The position numbers and the translations under genes were made by a program. Under the pieces are notes generated by a model, which did not search any database, had not been told where the DNA came from, and was given only the letters and a program-made list of their open reading frames with translations. Source: Lachnospiraceae bacterium (GTDB lineage: Bacteria > Bacillota > Clostridia > Lachnospirales > Lachnospiraceae). From it: a DNA stretch of 64,000 nucleotides. Where the stretch lies: positions 1,338,972-1,402,971 of the forward strand of contig JAJXRY010000002.1 in assembly GCA_021628825.1 (NCBI GenBank). The letters run 5' to 3'. Numbering within the stretch: position 1 is the first letter of the stretch; the number at the start of each line of letters is the position of its first letter. Of this stretch, positions 42,227 through 52,573 are shown piece by piece.

Positions 42227-43654
42227 ATGTATCAATTAGAAAAAAATATCTTGAAATCATTGATGATGTATTGGAGAAGGGCCCATATAAGCCAACGTGG
42301 GAATCGTTATCTGCTTATGAACCGCCAACGTGGTATCGCAATGCCAAGTTTGGTATTTTTATTCACTGGGGGATCTATAGTGTTCCGGCATTCTCAAGTG
42401 AATGGTATTCCAGAAATATGTATATCCAAGGTTCTCCGGAGTATGAGCATCATATAAAGACGTACGGTGAACATAAGAATTTCGGTTATAAGGATTTCAT
42501 TCCCATGTTTAAGGCAGAAAAATTCAATCCGGATGAATGGGCAGAGCTGTTTAAAGAAGCAGGAGCTAATTATGTAGTTCCGGTGGCAGAGCATCACGAT
42601 GGTTTTTCAGATGTACCGGAGTGAAATCTCTCATTGGAATGCATATGAAATGGGACCAGGACGGGATGTGCTTGGCGAATTGAAGAATGCATGTCAGAAA
42701 AAGGGAATGCAGATTGGAGCTTCTTCCCATCGGATTGAACATTGGTTCTTTATGGGGCATGGAAAAGAATTTGAAAGTGATATAAAGGATCCCATGCAGA
42801 GGGGAGATTTTTACTGGCCGGCTATGCCTGAACCGGAAGATCTTCATGATATTTTCAGTAAGCCAGAGCCCACAGAAGAATTTCTTCAGGACTGGCTGGT
42901 ACGTACCTGTGAAATCATTGACCGGTATCATCCGAAAATCCTGTATTTTGACTGGTGGATCCAGCACAGTGCCTGCAAGCCTTATTTGAAAAAGCTGGCA
43001 GCATATTATTATAACCGGGCACAGGAATGGGGAGAGCAGGTGGTTATTAATTATAAACATGATGCTTTCCAGTTTGGAACAGCGGTACCGGATGTGGAAA
43101 GAGGACAGTTTGCAGATGTGAAGCCTTATTTCTGGCAGACGGATACAGCAATTGCATTAAACTCCTGGTGCTATACAGAAAATAACCAGTTCCGTCCGGC
43201 AGCAGATATTCTGTGTGATTTTGTGGATATTGTCAGTAAGAACGGGTGTCTGCTGCTTAATGTAGGACCCAAAGCAGATGGAACGATTTCCCGGGAAGAC
43301 CGTGAAATCTTACTAAAGATTGGGGATTGGATGAAAGTAAACGGTGAGGCCATCTATGAAACCAAAGTATGGAGAAAATATGGGGAGGGTCCCACAAAGA
43401 TTGTAGAGGGACAGTTCTCAGACGGAATCAAAAAGAATTTTACCTCTGAGGATTTCCGGTTTACGACATCCGGGGGAAAGCTTTATGCGATTGCCTTAAA
43501 GTGCAGTAGCAATGGAGAGTATTGCATCCGTTCTTTGGGTGAACAGGATGCTTCGAAGCAGGCTAATTTTTCATGGTATTATAAAAGGTGTGGAAACACT
43601 GGGAGCAACGGAAAAGACAGAGTGGAGAAGAGACGGGCAGGGACTGCATATTAA
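42227..43654 (+). CDS. Glycoside hydrolase family 29 alpha-L-fucosidase; frameshifts at the A7 run (about 42245) and near 42600
   Basis: ..KGPYKPTWESLSAYEPPTWYRNAKFGIFIHWGIYSVPAF..YVVPVAEHHDGFS.. then ..GPGRDVLGELKNACQKKGMQIGASSH.. Confidence 0.8.
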
Positions 43655-43814
43655 GAGCGGGCTTGTAAGTGATAGTCCGGTTGTATTTAGAATTGATGTT
43701 GACTAATGAATCCGACAGCCATGAGTCATGGTGATATTTTCTACTCAGGAATCAGAATGCTCATCCTTTAAAATATGTGCAATTTCCCTGGCTTCCTTAT
43801 GAAGGTCATGCAGG

Positions 43815-44549
43815 TCATCCTGTATGGCCTTTTTCTTCTTCGCGGATTTCCGGATGCTCTTCAAGCTCCTGCTTGATGAACATCAACAGGAAGCTTATAA
43901 GCAACAGCAGGCAGGAGACCCATATGGTGCGAAGTCTAAAGAGTGCGATGAAGCGGCTCCCAAGTCCGGCACCGAGGGCGAACAGGAAGATGACCCCGAA
44001 ATAATGGGAAGCCTTATACAAGGTTTCTTTGTTATGGGTCTTGCGATATGCACACAGGGATTCCATGCCGCTGCGGATGTTACCGATACACATGGTGCTG
44101 GCAAAGGCAAAGCTGTTGACCTTGCGGAACGCCTGTACCTGCATGGCGCAGGAAAAAGGAAACCATGGCATTGGCAATCAGATTAAACCGTTCCGGTAAG
44201 AAGCCGACCAGAAACAGCAGCAAAATTTCTATGATGAGCACCAGCTGTCTCCAGTGAATCCGCTGTGCCTTCTGAAAGTGCTGCCTGATCAGCTCCGCAG
44301 CAGCAACTCCGAATGCAAAGAAAACAACCGGCACCAGATAGTGGAGCATGGAATGAAAATCGCCTGTAAAAAAATGTGCTGGCTCAATAAAAACAATATT
44401 ACCGGTCTGGGCGTTGGCGAAGACCTTTCCGCGGGAAATATAGGTGTAGGCATCCTGAAGTCCTCCGGATATGGATAAAAAAACGCGGCAGTTACAAAGG
44501 CCTCGGACATTTGTTTGTGTGATTTGGGTGTTCTATGGAATTTCATCAT
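43815..44549 (-). CDS. YoaK/DUF1275 family membrane protein, frameshifted (three track ORFs)
   Basis: Minus-strand fragments 44289-44549, 44080-44349 and 43815-44177. The reconstructed N-terminus ..FLSISGGLQDAYTYISRGKVFANAQTGNIVF.. fits DUF1275. Confidence 0.5.
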
Positions 44550-44603
44550 CTGTTATCTGCCCTTCCTTCCGGTAAAATTTTACCGAACTGATTGTATCAC
44601 TTT

Positions 44604-45272
44604 TTATTCTGAGGAATAAAGGGGTGAATCTGTTTTCAGAGTGAACGAATTCTTGTGAAAATCAATCAACCCTTCCTTCCGCATTTTGCCAAGCTCCTTC
44701 GAAAGCGCACTCCGGTCGAGATTCAGGTAGTCTGCCATCTGTTGGCGGTCGAAGGGAACCTGGAAGGTTTTGCTTCCGTTTTTGACAGAAAGATTCGAAA
44801 AGTAGGTAAACAGACGCTCACGGATAGTTTTGGCACTGGTGCAGAAGATCCGGTTTGACAGAACCAGATTTTTCTGTGCTAAAATATGCAAAAGGTTATT
44901 GATCATCTTGAAGTACCAGGTCTTTTCATGATGCTGTCCGCTTAAGAGAATATCCGTGTTCACGAACGCAATTGCACTGTCTTTTGAGGCAATGGCATCC
45001 ACGAGCATCGGCTCATGACAGAGCGCATAGGTTTCTGCAAAGGCATGTCCTTCAGGAACATGGGAAAGGATACTCTTATTTCCCCACAGATCAATGCTTT
45101 CGATATGGACACAGCCGCATAAAACGATTCCGATTTCATGAACGATGTCACCGGTCTGAAAAATCGGTGTATTCTTTTCATAAGAAGCAGTCCGAAGAAA
45201 AGGAAGACGCTTCATATCTTCGAATTCCTCTTCCGTTAAATTTTGAAAAATAAAGGTTTCAAAAAGCTTCAT
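44604..45272 (-). CDS. Crp/Fnr family transcriptional regulator
   Basis: cNMP-binding-like N-domain. C-terminal HTH ..FDRQQMADYLNLDRSALSKELGKMRKEGLI. Confidence 0.75.
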   Translation of the reverse strand: MKLFETFIFQNLTEEEFEDMKRLPFLRTASYEKNTPIFQTGDIVHEIGIVLCGCVHIESIDLWGNKSILSHVPEGHAFAETYALCHEPMLVDAIASKDSAIAFVNTDILLSGQHHEKTWYFKMINNLLHILAQKNLVLSNRIFCTSAKTIRERLFTYFSNLSVKNGSKTFQVPFDRQQMADYLNLDRSALSKELGKMRKEGLIDFHKNSFTLKTDSPLYSSE

Positions 45273-45285
45273 AATTCCTCCGTTC

Positions 45286-45299
45286 GTGGTTATAACCAC
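45286..45299. promoter_or_regulatory. Perfect 14-bp palindrome GTGGTTATAACCAC (5-4-5, FNR/CRP-like architecture) between the Crp/Fnr gene and the divergent 4Fe-4S gene
   Basis: Sits 14 bp upstream of the minus-strand Crp/Fnr start and about 60 bp upstream of 45362. A tataat box lies nearby at 45320. Confidence 0.4.
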
Positions 45300-45361
45300 A
45301 TATTTGTCACTGTTATTGTACTATAATGCAGGCATAACGACAAGAAAGGAAGGAATCAGAA

Positions 45362-46096
45362 ATGATCAGAAAAATAATTCAGATTGATGAAGAGCTTTGC
45401 AACGGCTGTGGAGCATGTGCCAATGCCTGCCACGAAGGAGCCATTCAGATGATAGACGGAAAGGCGAAGCTGATCCGTGATGACTATTGTGATGGACTGG
45501 GAAACTGCCTGCCGGCATGTCCGACCGGAGCCATTACCTTTGTGGAACGTGAAGCAGCGGCCTATGACGAAAAGGCAGTAGAGGAGCATCAGAAGAGGCT
45601 GGAAGAACAAAAGCACAGGGCTTCCGAACGGCCGGTATTTCAGGGCTGCCCGGGATCACGGATGCGCACGATGGCACAGGAGGAGCCGGAAGAGGAAAAG
45701 GCAACGGTTACCGGTACGATGGCATATGTAAAATCCTGTCTGGGACAGTGGCCGTGCCAGATTAAGCTTGTTCCCGTGAATGCACCATATTTTAATGGAG
45801 CAAAGCTGTTAATTGCAGCAGACTGTACGGCGTATGCCTATGCCAACATGCATGAAGAATTCATGAAAGGAAAAATTACGATCATCGGCTGCCCGAAGCT
45901 GGACGATATCGATTACAGTGAGAAGTTACAACAGATCATTGAGCATAATGATATTCAGAGCGTTACGGTCGTGCGCATGGAGGTTCCCTGCTGTGGAGGA
46001 CTGGAGCATGCAGCAGTGACAGCTCTGAAAAACAGTGGTAAGTTTATTCCATGGCAGGTTGTTACGATTTCCATTGACGGAAAGATTCTCGACTAA
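45362..46096 (+). CDS. 4Fe-4S ferredoxin-domain protein with C-terminal Cys-rich domain
   Basis: CNGCGACANACHEGAI and C..GNCLPACPTGAI (2x[4Fe-4S]). The C-terminus carries ..IGCPKLDD..VPCCGGLE. Confidence 0.6.
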   Translation: MIRKIIQIDEELCNGCGACANACHEGAIQMIDGKAKLIRDDYCDGLGNCLPACPTGAITFVEREAAAYDEKAVEEHQKRLEEQKHRASERPVFQGCPGSRMRTMAQEEPEEEKATVTGTMAYVKSCLGQWPCQIKLVPVNAPYFNGAKLLIAADCTAYAYANMHEEFMKGKITIIGCPKLDDIDYSEKLQQIIEHNDIQSVTVVRMEVPCCGGLEHAAVTALKNSGKFIPWQVVTISIDGKILD

Positions 46097-46319
46097 ATGG
46101 AAAAGAGACAGATCATGGAAGGAGAAATATCAGCAAAGCATCCCTATGTCGTATTTATTACACATAGGGGTGTTCTTTCATGGAGGTTATCATAAACTTT
46201 ACAATCGTTGCAGGGTCAAGAATTACTGTTGGAATCATATAGGGATTTTGTTATAATGTTAACATGCATCTGCCGGAAGGCAGATACGGAATGCGTGAAA
46301 ACTGGGAGAGCAAATACGT

Positions 46320-46944
46320 ATGATGGTAAGAGCACTGTTATTTATACTGCTAGGCTATTTGTCCGGCAGTGTGTTATATGCAAAGATCTGGGGAAAACTA
46401 CTATGTGGAACCGATATCACGAAGGGAAGCACCGATGGAAATCCGGGAACGGCGAATGCCTTTATACAGGGCGGTTTCTGGTGCGGAGTGCTGACACTGT
46501 TTTGTGAATTGTTAAAGGGAATTCTCCCGGTTTATTTTTATATGCGGGGGATGGGACCGCAGGCATTGTCAGATGGCTGGATAGCGCTCGTCCTTGCAGC
46601 TCCGGTATTGGGACATACCTTTCCCCTGTTTCAGAAGCATCACGGTGGAAAGGGGATCGCGGTTTCCTTCGGATCCCTCCTGGGGTTATATCCTTACCGG
46701 ATGCCGGTACTGGTGTTTGCTTTTTGTTTTTTTAATTTTCTTTTCAGTGGTGGTCTGCGTGGAGCCGCATTTTTACCGGACAATTGCGGCATACCTTGCA
46801 ACGCTGGCAGGATTATTTGTGACTAACGTTATACCGGCGGTGCGGTATGGATTTGGCATGATGACGATTCTTGTGTGTATACGAATGAAGCTTAGTACAG
46901 AAGAACGGGAAAGAATGAGGATTAAGTTATTATGGATGCACTGA
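46320..46944 (+). CDS. plsY: Glycerol-3-phosphate acyltransferase PlsY; frameshift near 46735
   Basis: ..GSTDGNPGTANAFIQGG..LKGILPV..APVLGHTFPLFQKHHGGKGIAVSFGSLLG. The C-terminal TM region is in the second frame. Confidence 0.7.
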
Positions 46945-48062
46945 TATTAACATGTGGTACGGGAGGCGGACACAATTCTGCTGCAAAGGCCGTGAAGGAA
47001 GAAATGGAACGCCGGGGACATCATGTACATCTGATGAATCCCTATATGCTGCGCAGTATGGCACTTACCAGAGCAATTGACGGTCTGTATATTTTTTTAT
47101 TGCAAAAAGGATGCCGCGTTTCTTTGGAGTGATTTATAACATTGGAGAGGCTTACCGGAGACTTCCGGGGCATTCGCCGGTGTATGGAGCTAATCACAGG
47201 GCAGCACGGTGCCTCAACGATTATCTGAAGGAAAATCATTTTGATGCGGTGATTATGACACATCTTTATCCGGCAGAAATGATCACATATCTGAAATCAT
47301 TGGGAGAAGAGCTCCCGTTTACGTTGTTTATCGCAACAGATTATGCCTGTATTCCCTTTACCGAGGAAACCGATTGTGATGCCTATGTAATTCCGATGGA
47401 GTCCCTGAAAAAAGACTTCCTGCGTTTCCATATTCCTGAAGAAAAGCTCAAGCCCCTTGGAATCCCTGTATCAAAACAGTTTTCACAGAAGGAATCCCGC
47501 AGGGAGGCCATCGAAAAGCTTGGCCTTGAGGAGGATAAGCATTACATTCTCATATCGGGTGGAAGCATGGGCGCCGGACACATTGAGCAGATGGTGGAGT
47601 ATCTGCTGGAGCGTTATGAAAAATGAAGAGAATGTGCGGCTCATCGTTCTGTGCGGAAGCTTTCAGAAGCTCTATAATAAGCTGAAAGCACATCCCAGCC
47701 AAAAGGTGATCCCGCTTAACTTTACCGATCAGATGCCGGATTATCTGAAGGCCTGTGACCTTTATCTAACAAAGCCGGGAGGACTTTCCTCCACGGAGGC
47801 CGCGGTTGCGGGAGTTCCGCTGATTCACATATCCCCGATCCCGGGATGTGAAAGCAAGAACCTGAAATGCTTTAAGAACCGGGGCATGGCCATTCCGGCG
47901 GTTAAGACGAAAGAGGAGCTGTTCCGGGCACTGGATGCACTCGACAGCGAACAGGCAAGGGAAAACATGATCCGCAATCAGCATAAATGGATTCCGGAGA
48001 ATGCGGCAGGGGCGATCTGCCGGTTTGTGGAAGAACAGGTAGGGAAAAGCCCGAAAATTTGA
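46932..48062 (+). CDS. GT28-family lipid glycosyltransferase (MGDG synthase/UgtP-like); at least two frameshifts
   Basis: MDALILTCGTGGGHNSAAKAVKEEMERRGH..; C-terminal ..LTKPGGLSSTEAAVAGVPLIHISPIPGCESKNLKCF.. Confidence 0.65.
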
Positions 48063-48137
48063 CTTTAACAGGGGAAAAGGCTATAATAATCTGTTGTCAC
48101 TAAAGGAGTATATTTTCAAAGAAAAGAGGTTGGAAAC

Positions 48138-49289
48138 ATGACAAAAATAGATATCGTATCAGGCTTTTTAGGAGCCGGTAAAACAACATTAATCAAGAAG
48201 CTTTTAAATGAAGCATTAAAGGACAGCAAGGTCGTACTGATCGAGAACGAATTCGGCGAGATCGGTATTGATGGTGGCTTTCTTAAGGATGCCGGAATTG
48301 AAATCAAAGAAATGAATTCAGGATGTATCTGCTGCTCCCTTGTTGGAGATTTCGGTACTTCCTTAAAGGAGGTAATGAAGACCTATCAGCCGGAAAGAAT
48401 TCTTATTGAGCCTTCAGGCGTTGGCAAGCTTTCCGATGTTATGAAAGCAGTACAGGACGTTATTGACGAGCATGAAGTTGTATTGAACAGTGCGGTAGCA
48501 GTTGTAGATGCTTCCAAGTGCAAAATGTATATCAAGAACTTCGGTGAGTTCTTTATCAATCAGATTGAACATGCCGGAACCATTATCTTAAGCAGAACCG
48601 GCAATATTTCCGAGGACAAGCTGAAAAAGGCTGTGGAACTGATCCGTGAACACAATACCAAGGCCACCATCATTACTACTCCCTGGGATGCACTGGATGG
48701 CAAGGATATTCTTGCAACCATCGAGGGGGCAACCGATCTGGAAGCAGAACTGATGGCAGAGCTGAAAGAACAAAGAGAGCATGATCACGAGCATGAACAT
48801 GAGCACCATCATCACGATCACGACGAGTGCTGTCATCACGATCATGACCATCACCATGATGACGACGATGATGATGATGAGGAGCACGAACATCATCACC
48901 ACGACCATGACGATCATGATCATGAGGAACATGAGCATCATCATGAGCATGGAGAAGACTGCACCTGTGGTTGCCATGACCATGACCACGATCATCACCA
49001 CCATCATCACGCAGATGAAGTGTTCGGAAGCTGGGGAATGGAAACTCCGGACCAGTACAGCAAGGAAGATCTCGAGAAGATCCTTGCAGACCTCGAGGAT
49101 GATGACAAGTACGGTATGGTTCTTCGTGCCAAGGGTATGGTTCCCTGTACCGAAGGCGGATTTATTTACTTTGACTATGTTCCGGAAGAAAGCAATATCC
49201 GTCCGGGCAAACCGGATGTAACCGGTAAGTTCTGTGTCATCGGCTCCAAGTTAAAGGAAGATGCCTTAAAAGAACTGTTTATGAAGTAA
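48138..49289 (+). CDS. COG0523 (CobW/ZigA/YciC-like) metallochaperone GTPase with a ~100-aa His/Asp/Glu-rich insert
   Basis: GFLGAGKTT Walker A, CICC (CxCC motif), then EHDHEHEHEHHHHDHDECCHHDHDHHHDDDDDDDEEHEHHHHDHDDHDHEEHEHHHEHGEDCTCGCHDHDHDHHHHHH, followed by a CobW_C-like domain. Confidence 0.8.
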   Translation: MTKIDIVSGFLGAGKTTLIKKLLNEALKDSKVVLIENEFGEIGIDGGFLKDAGIEIKEMNSGCICCSLVGDFGTSLKEVMKTYQPERILIEPSGVGKLSDVMKAVQDVIDEHEVVLNSAVAVVDASKCKMYIKNFGEFFINQIEHAGTIILSRTGNISEDKLKKAVELIREHNTKATIITTPWDALDGKDILATIEGATDLEAELMAELKEQREHDHEHEHEHHHHDHDECCHHDHDHHHDDDDDDDEEHEHHHHDHDDHDHEEHEHHHEHGEDCTCGCHDHDHDHHHHHHADEVFGSWGMETPDQYSKEDLEKILADLEDDDKYGMVLRAKGMVPCTEGGFIYFDYVPEESNIRPGKPDVTGKFCVIGSKLKEDALKELFMK

Positions 49290-49370
49290 AGCTATGGCAT
49301 GACGAAGGCTTTATCTGCACAGTGACAGAAAACAGATATCTTAATTTTTGAATAGAAAAGGATAAACAAC

Positions 49371-50303
49371 ATGAAACCAGTATTTATAGTCAATGGTTTT
49401 TTAGAAAGTGGTAAAACCGAATTTATCTGCTATACACTGGCACAGCCGTATTTCCAGACTAAAGGAAGTACCCTTTTGATTGTCTGTGAAGAGGGTGAAG
49501 AAGAGTATGACGAAGAGCTTTTAAGCCAGAGCAGAACCATTATGGAAGTGATCGATGACGAATCTGCATTTACTCCGGCGAACCTGATGGAGCTTGATAA
49601 GAAATACAAGCCGGAGAGAGTCATCGTTGAATATAACGGTATGTGGAACTTTAAGGATATGAAGCTGCCGTGGCACTGGTCGGTAGAACAGCAGATTACA
49701 ACGATCGATGCCTCTACCTTTCCGATGTATTACACCAATATGAGATCTCTCCTTGCTGAGATGATAAGGAAGTCCGAAATGATTATTTTTAACCGTTGTG
49801 ACGGACTGACCGATCAGCTTGCATCCTACCGCCGGAATGTAAAGGCGGTAAATCCACAGGCCGAGATTATTTTCGAGGACTCACAGGGAGAGGTGAACCA
49901 GATCTTTGAAGAGGATCTTCCTTATAAGCTGGATGCTCCGATTATTGAACTGGATAATCAAGGCTTCGGAATCTGGTATCTGGACTGTATGGACAATCTG
50001 GACCGCTATATTGGCAAGACCATTCAGTTTGTCGGTATGGTTCTGATTCCGGAGGAATTTCCGAAGGGATACTTTATTCCGGGACGTATGGCAATGACCT
50101 GTTGTGCAGAGGATATGGCATTTTTAGGCTTTGCCTGTGAATATGATAAGACGGATACCCTGACGAATAAGCAGTGGGTTAAGGTAACCGCGAAGGTTAC
50201 GAAGGAATACTTCGCCGATTACGGCGGTGAAGGTCCTGTCTTAAAAGCAGTCAGTGTTGAGCAGACAAAGAAACCCAAGGAAGAAGTGATCAGTTTTAAC
50301 TAA
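49371..50303 (+). CDS. Second COG0523-like protein (GTPase-like domain plus C-terminal domain), no His-rich segment
   Basis: NGFLESGKTEF P-loop, ..MAMTCCAEDMAFLGFACEYD... Confidence 0.6.
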   Translation: MKPVFIVNGFLESGKTEFICYTLAQPYFQTKGSTLLIVCEEGEEEYDEELLSQSRTIMEVIDDESAFTPANLMELDKKYKPERVIVEYNGMWNFKDMKLPWHWSVEQQITTIDASTFPMYYTNMRSLLAEMIRKSEMIIFNRCDGLTDQLASYRRNVKAVNPQAEIIFEDSQGEVNQIFEEDLPYKLDAPIIELDNQGFGIWYLDCMDNLDRYIGKTIQFVGMVLIPEEFPKGYFIPGRMAMTCCAEDMAFLGFACEYDKTDTLTNKQWVKVTAKVTKEYFADYGGEGPVLKAVSVEQTKKPKEEVISFN

Positions 50304-50323
50304 GGTCGAAGGAGATTGTACGG

Positions 50324-51260
50324 ATGTATCATTACACCTTTATACAATGGTTGTTTTTCTTTTATTTTTATTGCTTCTTTGGATGGATATTTGAAAGCAC
50401 CTATGTATCCATTTGTAAACGGAAGTTTGTAAACCGCGGATTTATGCGTGGCCCTTTCCTGCCGATTTACGGTTCGGGAGCGATTATGATGCTCGTGGTA
50501 TCCATGCCGTTTTCAGGACAACCTCGTTCTGACTTATCTGGCAGGGTGCGTGGGTGCGACAGTCCTTGAACTGGTAACGGGGCTTACCATGGAGGCACTG
50601 TTTAAAGTAAGATACTGGGATTATTCCAATCAGAAATTTAATTATAAAGGTGTGATCTGCCTGTCCTCCACATTGGCGTGGGGATTCCTGACATTATTTA
50701 TGACGCAGTTTCTGCATAAAATAGTAGAAGCATTTGTGTTCAAGATCCCTGCAATGGTTATTAATGTCGTTACCGTGGTGCTGTCTGTGGGGATTCTGAT
50801 CGACTTTACGTTATCCTTTAAGGCAGCTCTCGACCTTCGAAGTGTCCTCGTCGGACTCGAGAAGGTATGGGAAGAAATGGAACGTATCCAGAAGCGGCTT
50901 GACGTGATTGCGGCGGTTACCAGTGATGAACGTGAGACGAGAAGATTAGAGCGCAGCGAACGCATGAATGATCTGATGGACAGTATTGAAGGAAAGTTCA
51001 ATGTAGTTAAGGAACGTTTGAAGGTGAATCCTTATGCTTATCCGGAAGAGGTTAAGGAAAAGATCGCTGAATTGCGCAGCCGCTACTTTGTAGAAAAGGA
51101 TCATCATTTAGAATTCCGTAAGATAAAGGATGTATTCCAGAGAGGCTTAATTAAAGGTAACCCGAGCATGACCTCCGGTAAGTATGCGGAAGCACTGGAA
51201 GCATTGAAGAAGACACTTGAAAACAAAGGTAAGAACAAAGACGGGCAGAGTGAAGAATAA
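50324..51260 (+). CDS. Membrane protein of the PF06541 (putative ABC-transporter type IV/CmpB-like) family with C-terminal coiled-coil; one frameshift near 50515
   Basis: ..FFGWIFESTYVSI..FVNRGFMRGPFLPIYGSGAI.. continuing ..LTYLAGCVGATVLELVTGLTMEALFKVRYWDYS.. Confidence 0.45.
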
Positions 51261-52537
51261 ATGAAAAATCGAATCATAAGTCTGTTCTGTGCCGGAACGG
51301 CAGCTCTCTTTATGCTGAGCGGCTGCAGTGCAGTCAGACAGATTGCTGCAATGGAACATCCGGCAGACCAGGCACGTGAAGATGCCAGTGAAGAGGATAC
51401 AGAAGAAGCGGATATAGAAGAACTTATAAAAAGAACTTATAGAAGAGCGTACGGAAGAAGCGCCGGAGAATACAGAAGAGCAGGAAGACATACAGGATGT
51501 GAACGGGCCGGTGGATGAAACAGAATATCCGGTGGCGTTACAGCAGGGAGTATATCCGGATTGGAAAGCATCGTATAAAGCACTGATGCGGGAATTAATG
51601 GAAAACAGCTATGGCGTGGACGGCTATTATCTTTATGATGTAGATAAGGATGGGATTCCGGAGATTACCGTGGAGTTCGGAGACTGTGAAGCCAATTATG
51701 GCGGCTGGCTATATACGTTTGACGGTGAGAAGGCAGTATATGCCGGAGAGTTTCACCTTGGACACTCCGGCCTGGCAACCTGTCCTTCACAGAACAGGGA
51801 TGATTCTGAGCTTTGGACAGATGGGCGTCGCTTATATGAAGAAGATTACTTTGGAGAACGGGCAGCTTGGATTTGAGGATCTTCTGGAGGAAACATTTGA
51901 GGATTGGGATGATACCTATACGGATCCGGGGGAAATCATTCCGGGAGCAGATTATCTTTCAGAGATGAAGCCCGGGGATACCCTGCCGATGGACACCTAT
52001 GGGATCTGGCTTGGGAACATGAGGGCAGAGATTGATGCGACAACCACAGCAGATGAGGCGTTGGAGCAGCGGTATCTTGATATTATTTTACAGAATGGAA
52101 CCATTGTCGGAATTACAGCAGACGGTTTTGGCGGTGATCTCGGTACATGTACCATGGAAGAATACCTGGGACCGAACATGGTGGAGAAGTATGCCGATGC
52201 AGGCATGGTGGTTGAAGCCTATACCTATATTGATATGAACGGGGATGGCACAGAGGAATGTGTCCTGAGACTCGGTGAAGCAGATCCGGAGGAAGCGTAT
52301 TACGTTTCCGATCTATGGGTGGTATTAAGTGAGCAGGACGGTACGATGTACGCCTACTGCATTAATTACAAAGACTCCTTCACACTGTTGGAGAATGGTA
52401 CATTCCGCCCGGATGGTGAGTATTATGTGAACAATTTCCGTATGCTGTTTGATAAAGACCAGTGCTTTCTTTATAATACCTGGCTGGATGAAAAGCATGC
52501 CGAACAGGAATGGATCGATATTGCAGTAGAAGAATGA
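51261..52537 (+). CDS. Lipoprotein of unknown function, paralog A (frameshifted)
   Basis: MKNRIISLFCAGTAALFMLSGCS, then YGVDGYYLYDVDKDGIPEI, LGHSGLATCPSQN, GITADGFGGDLGTCTMEEYLGPNMV, QDGTMYAYCINY, LFDKDQCFLY, LDEKHAEQEWIDIAVEE. Confidence 0.55.
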
Positions 52538-52573
52538 CGATAAATGACTTAAGGAGGGCAATCCGGGATATTT

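Noticed and set aside
48063-48137. Looked for a Zur-box (TCGTAAT-N-ATTACGA-like) upstream of the His-rich COG0523 gene
   Set aside because: No convincing palindrome of that type is present in the 75-bp upstream region.
48588-49221. ORFs 48588-49010 (-) and 48781-49221 (+) rich in M/V/I/T
   Set aside because: Alternative-frame and antisense readings of the CAT/CAC/GAT-rich His/Asp tract inside the COG0523 gene. Low-complexity artefacts.
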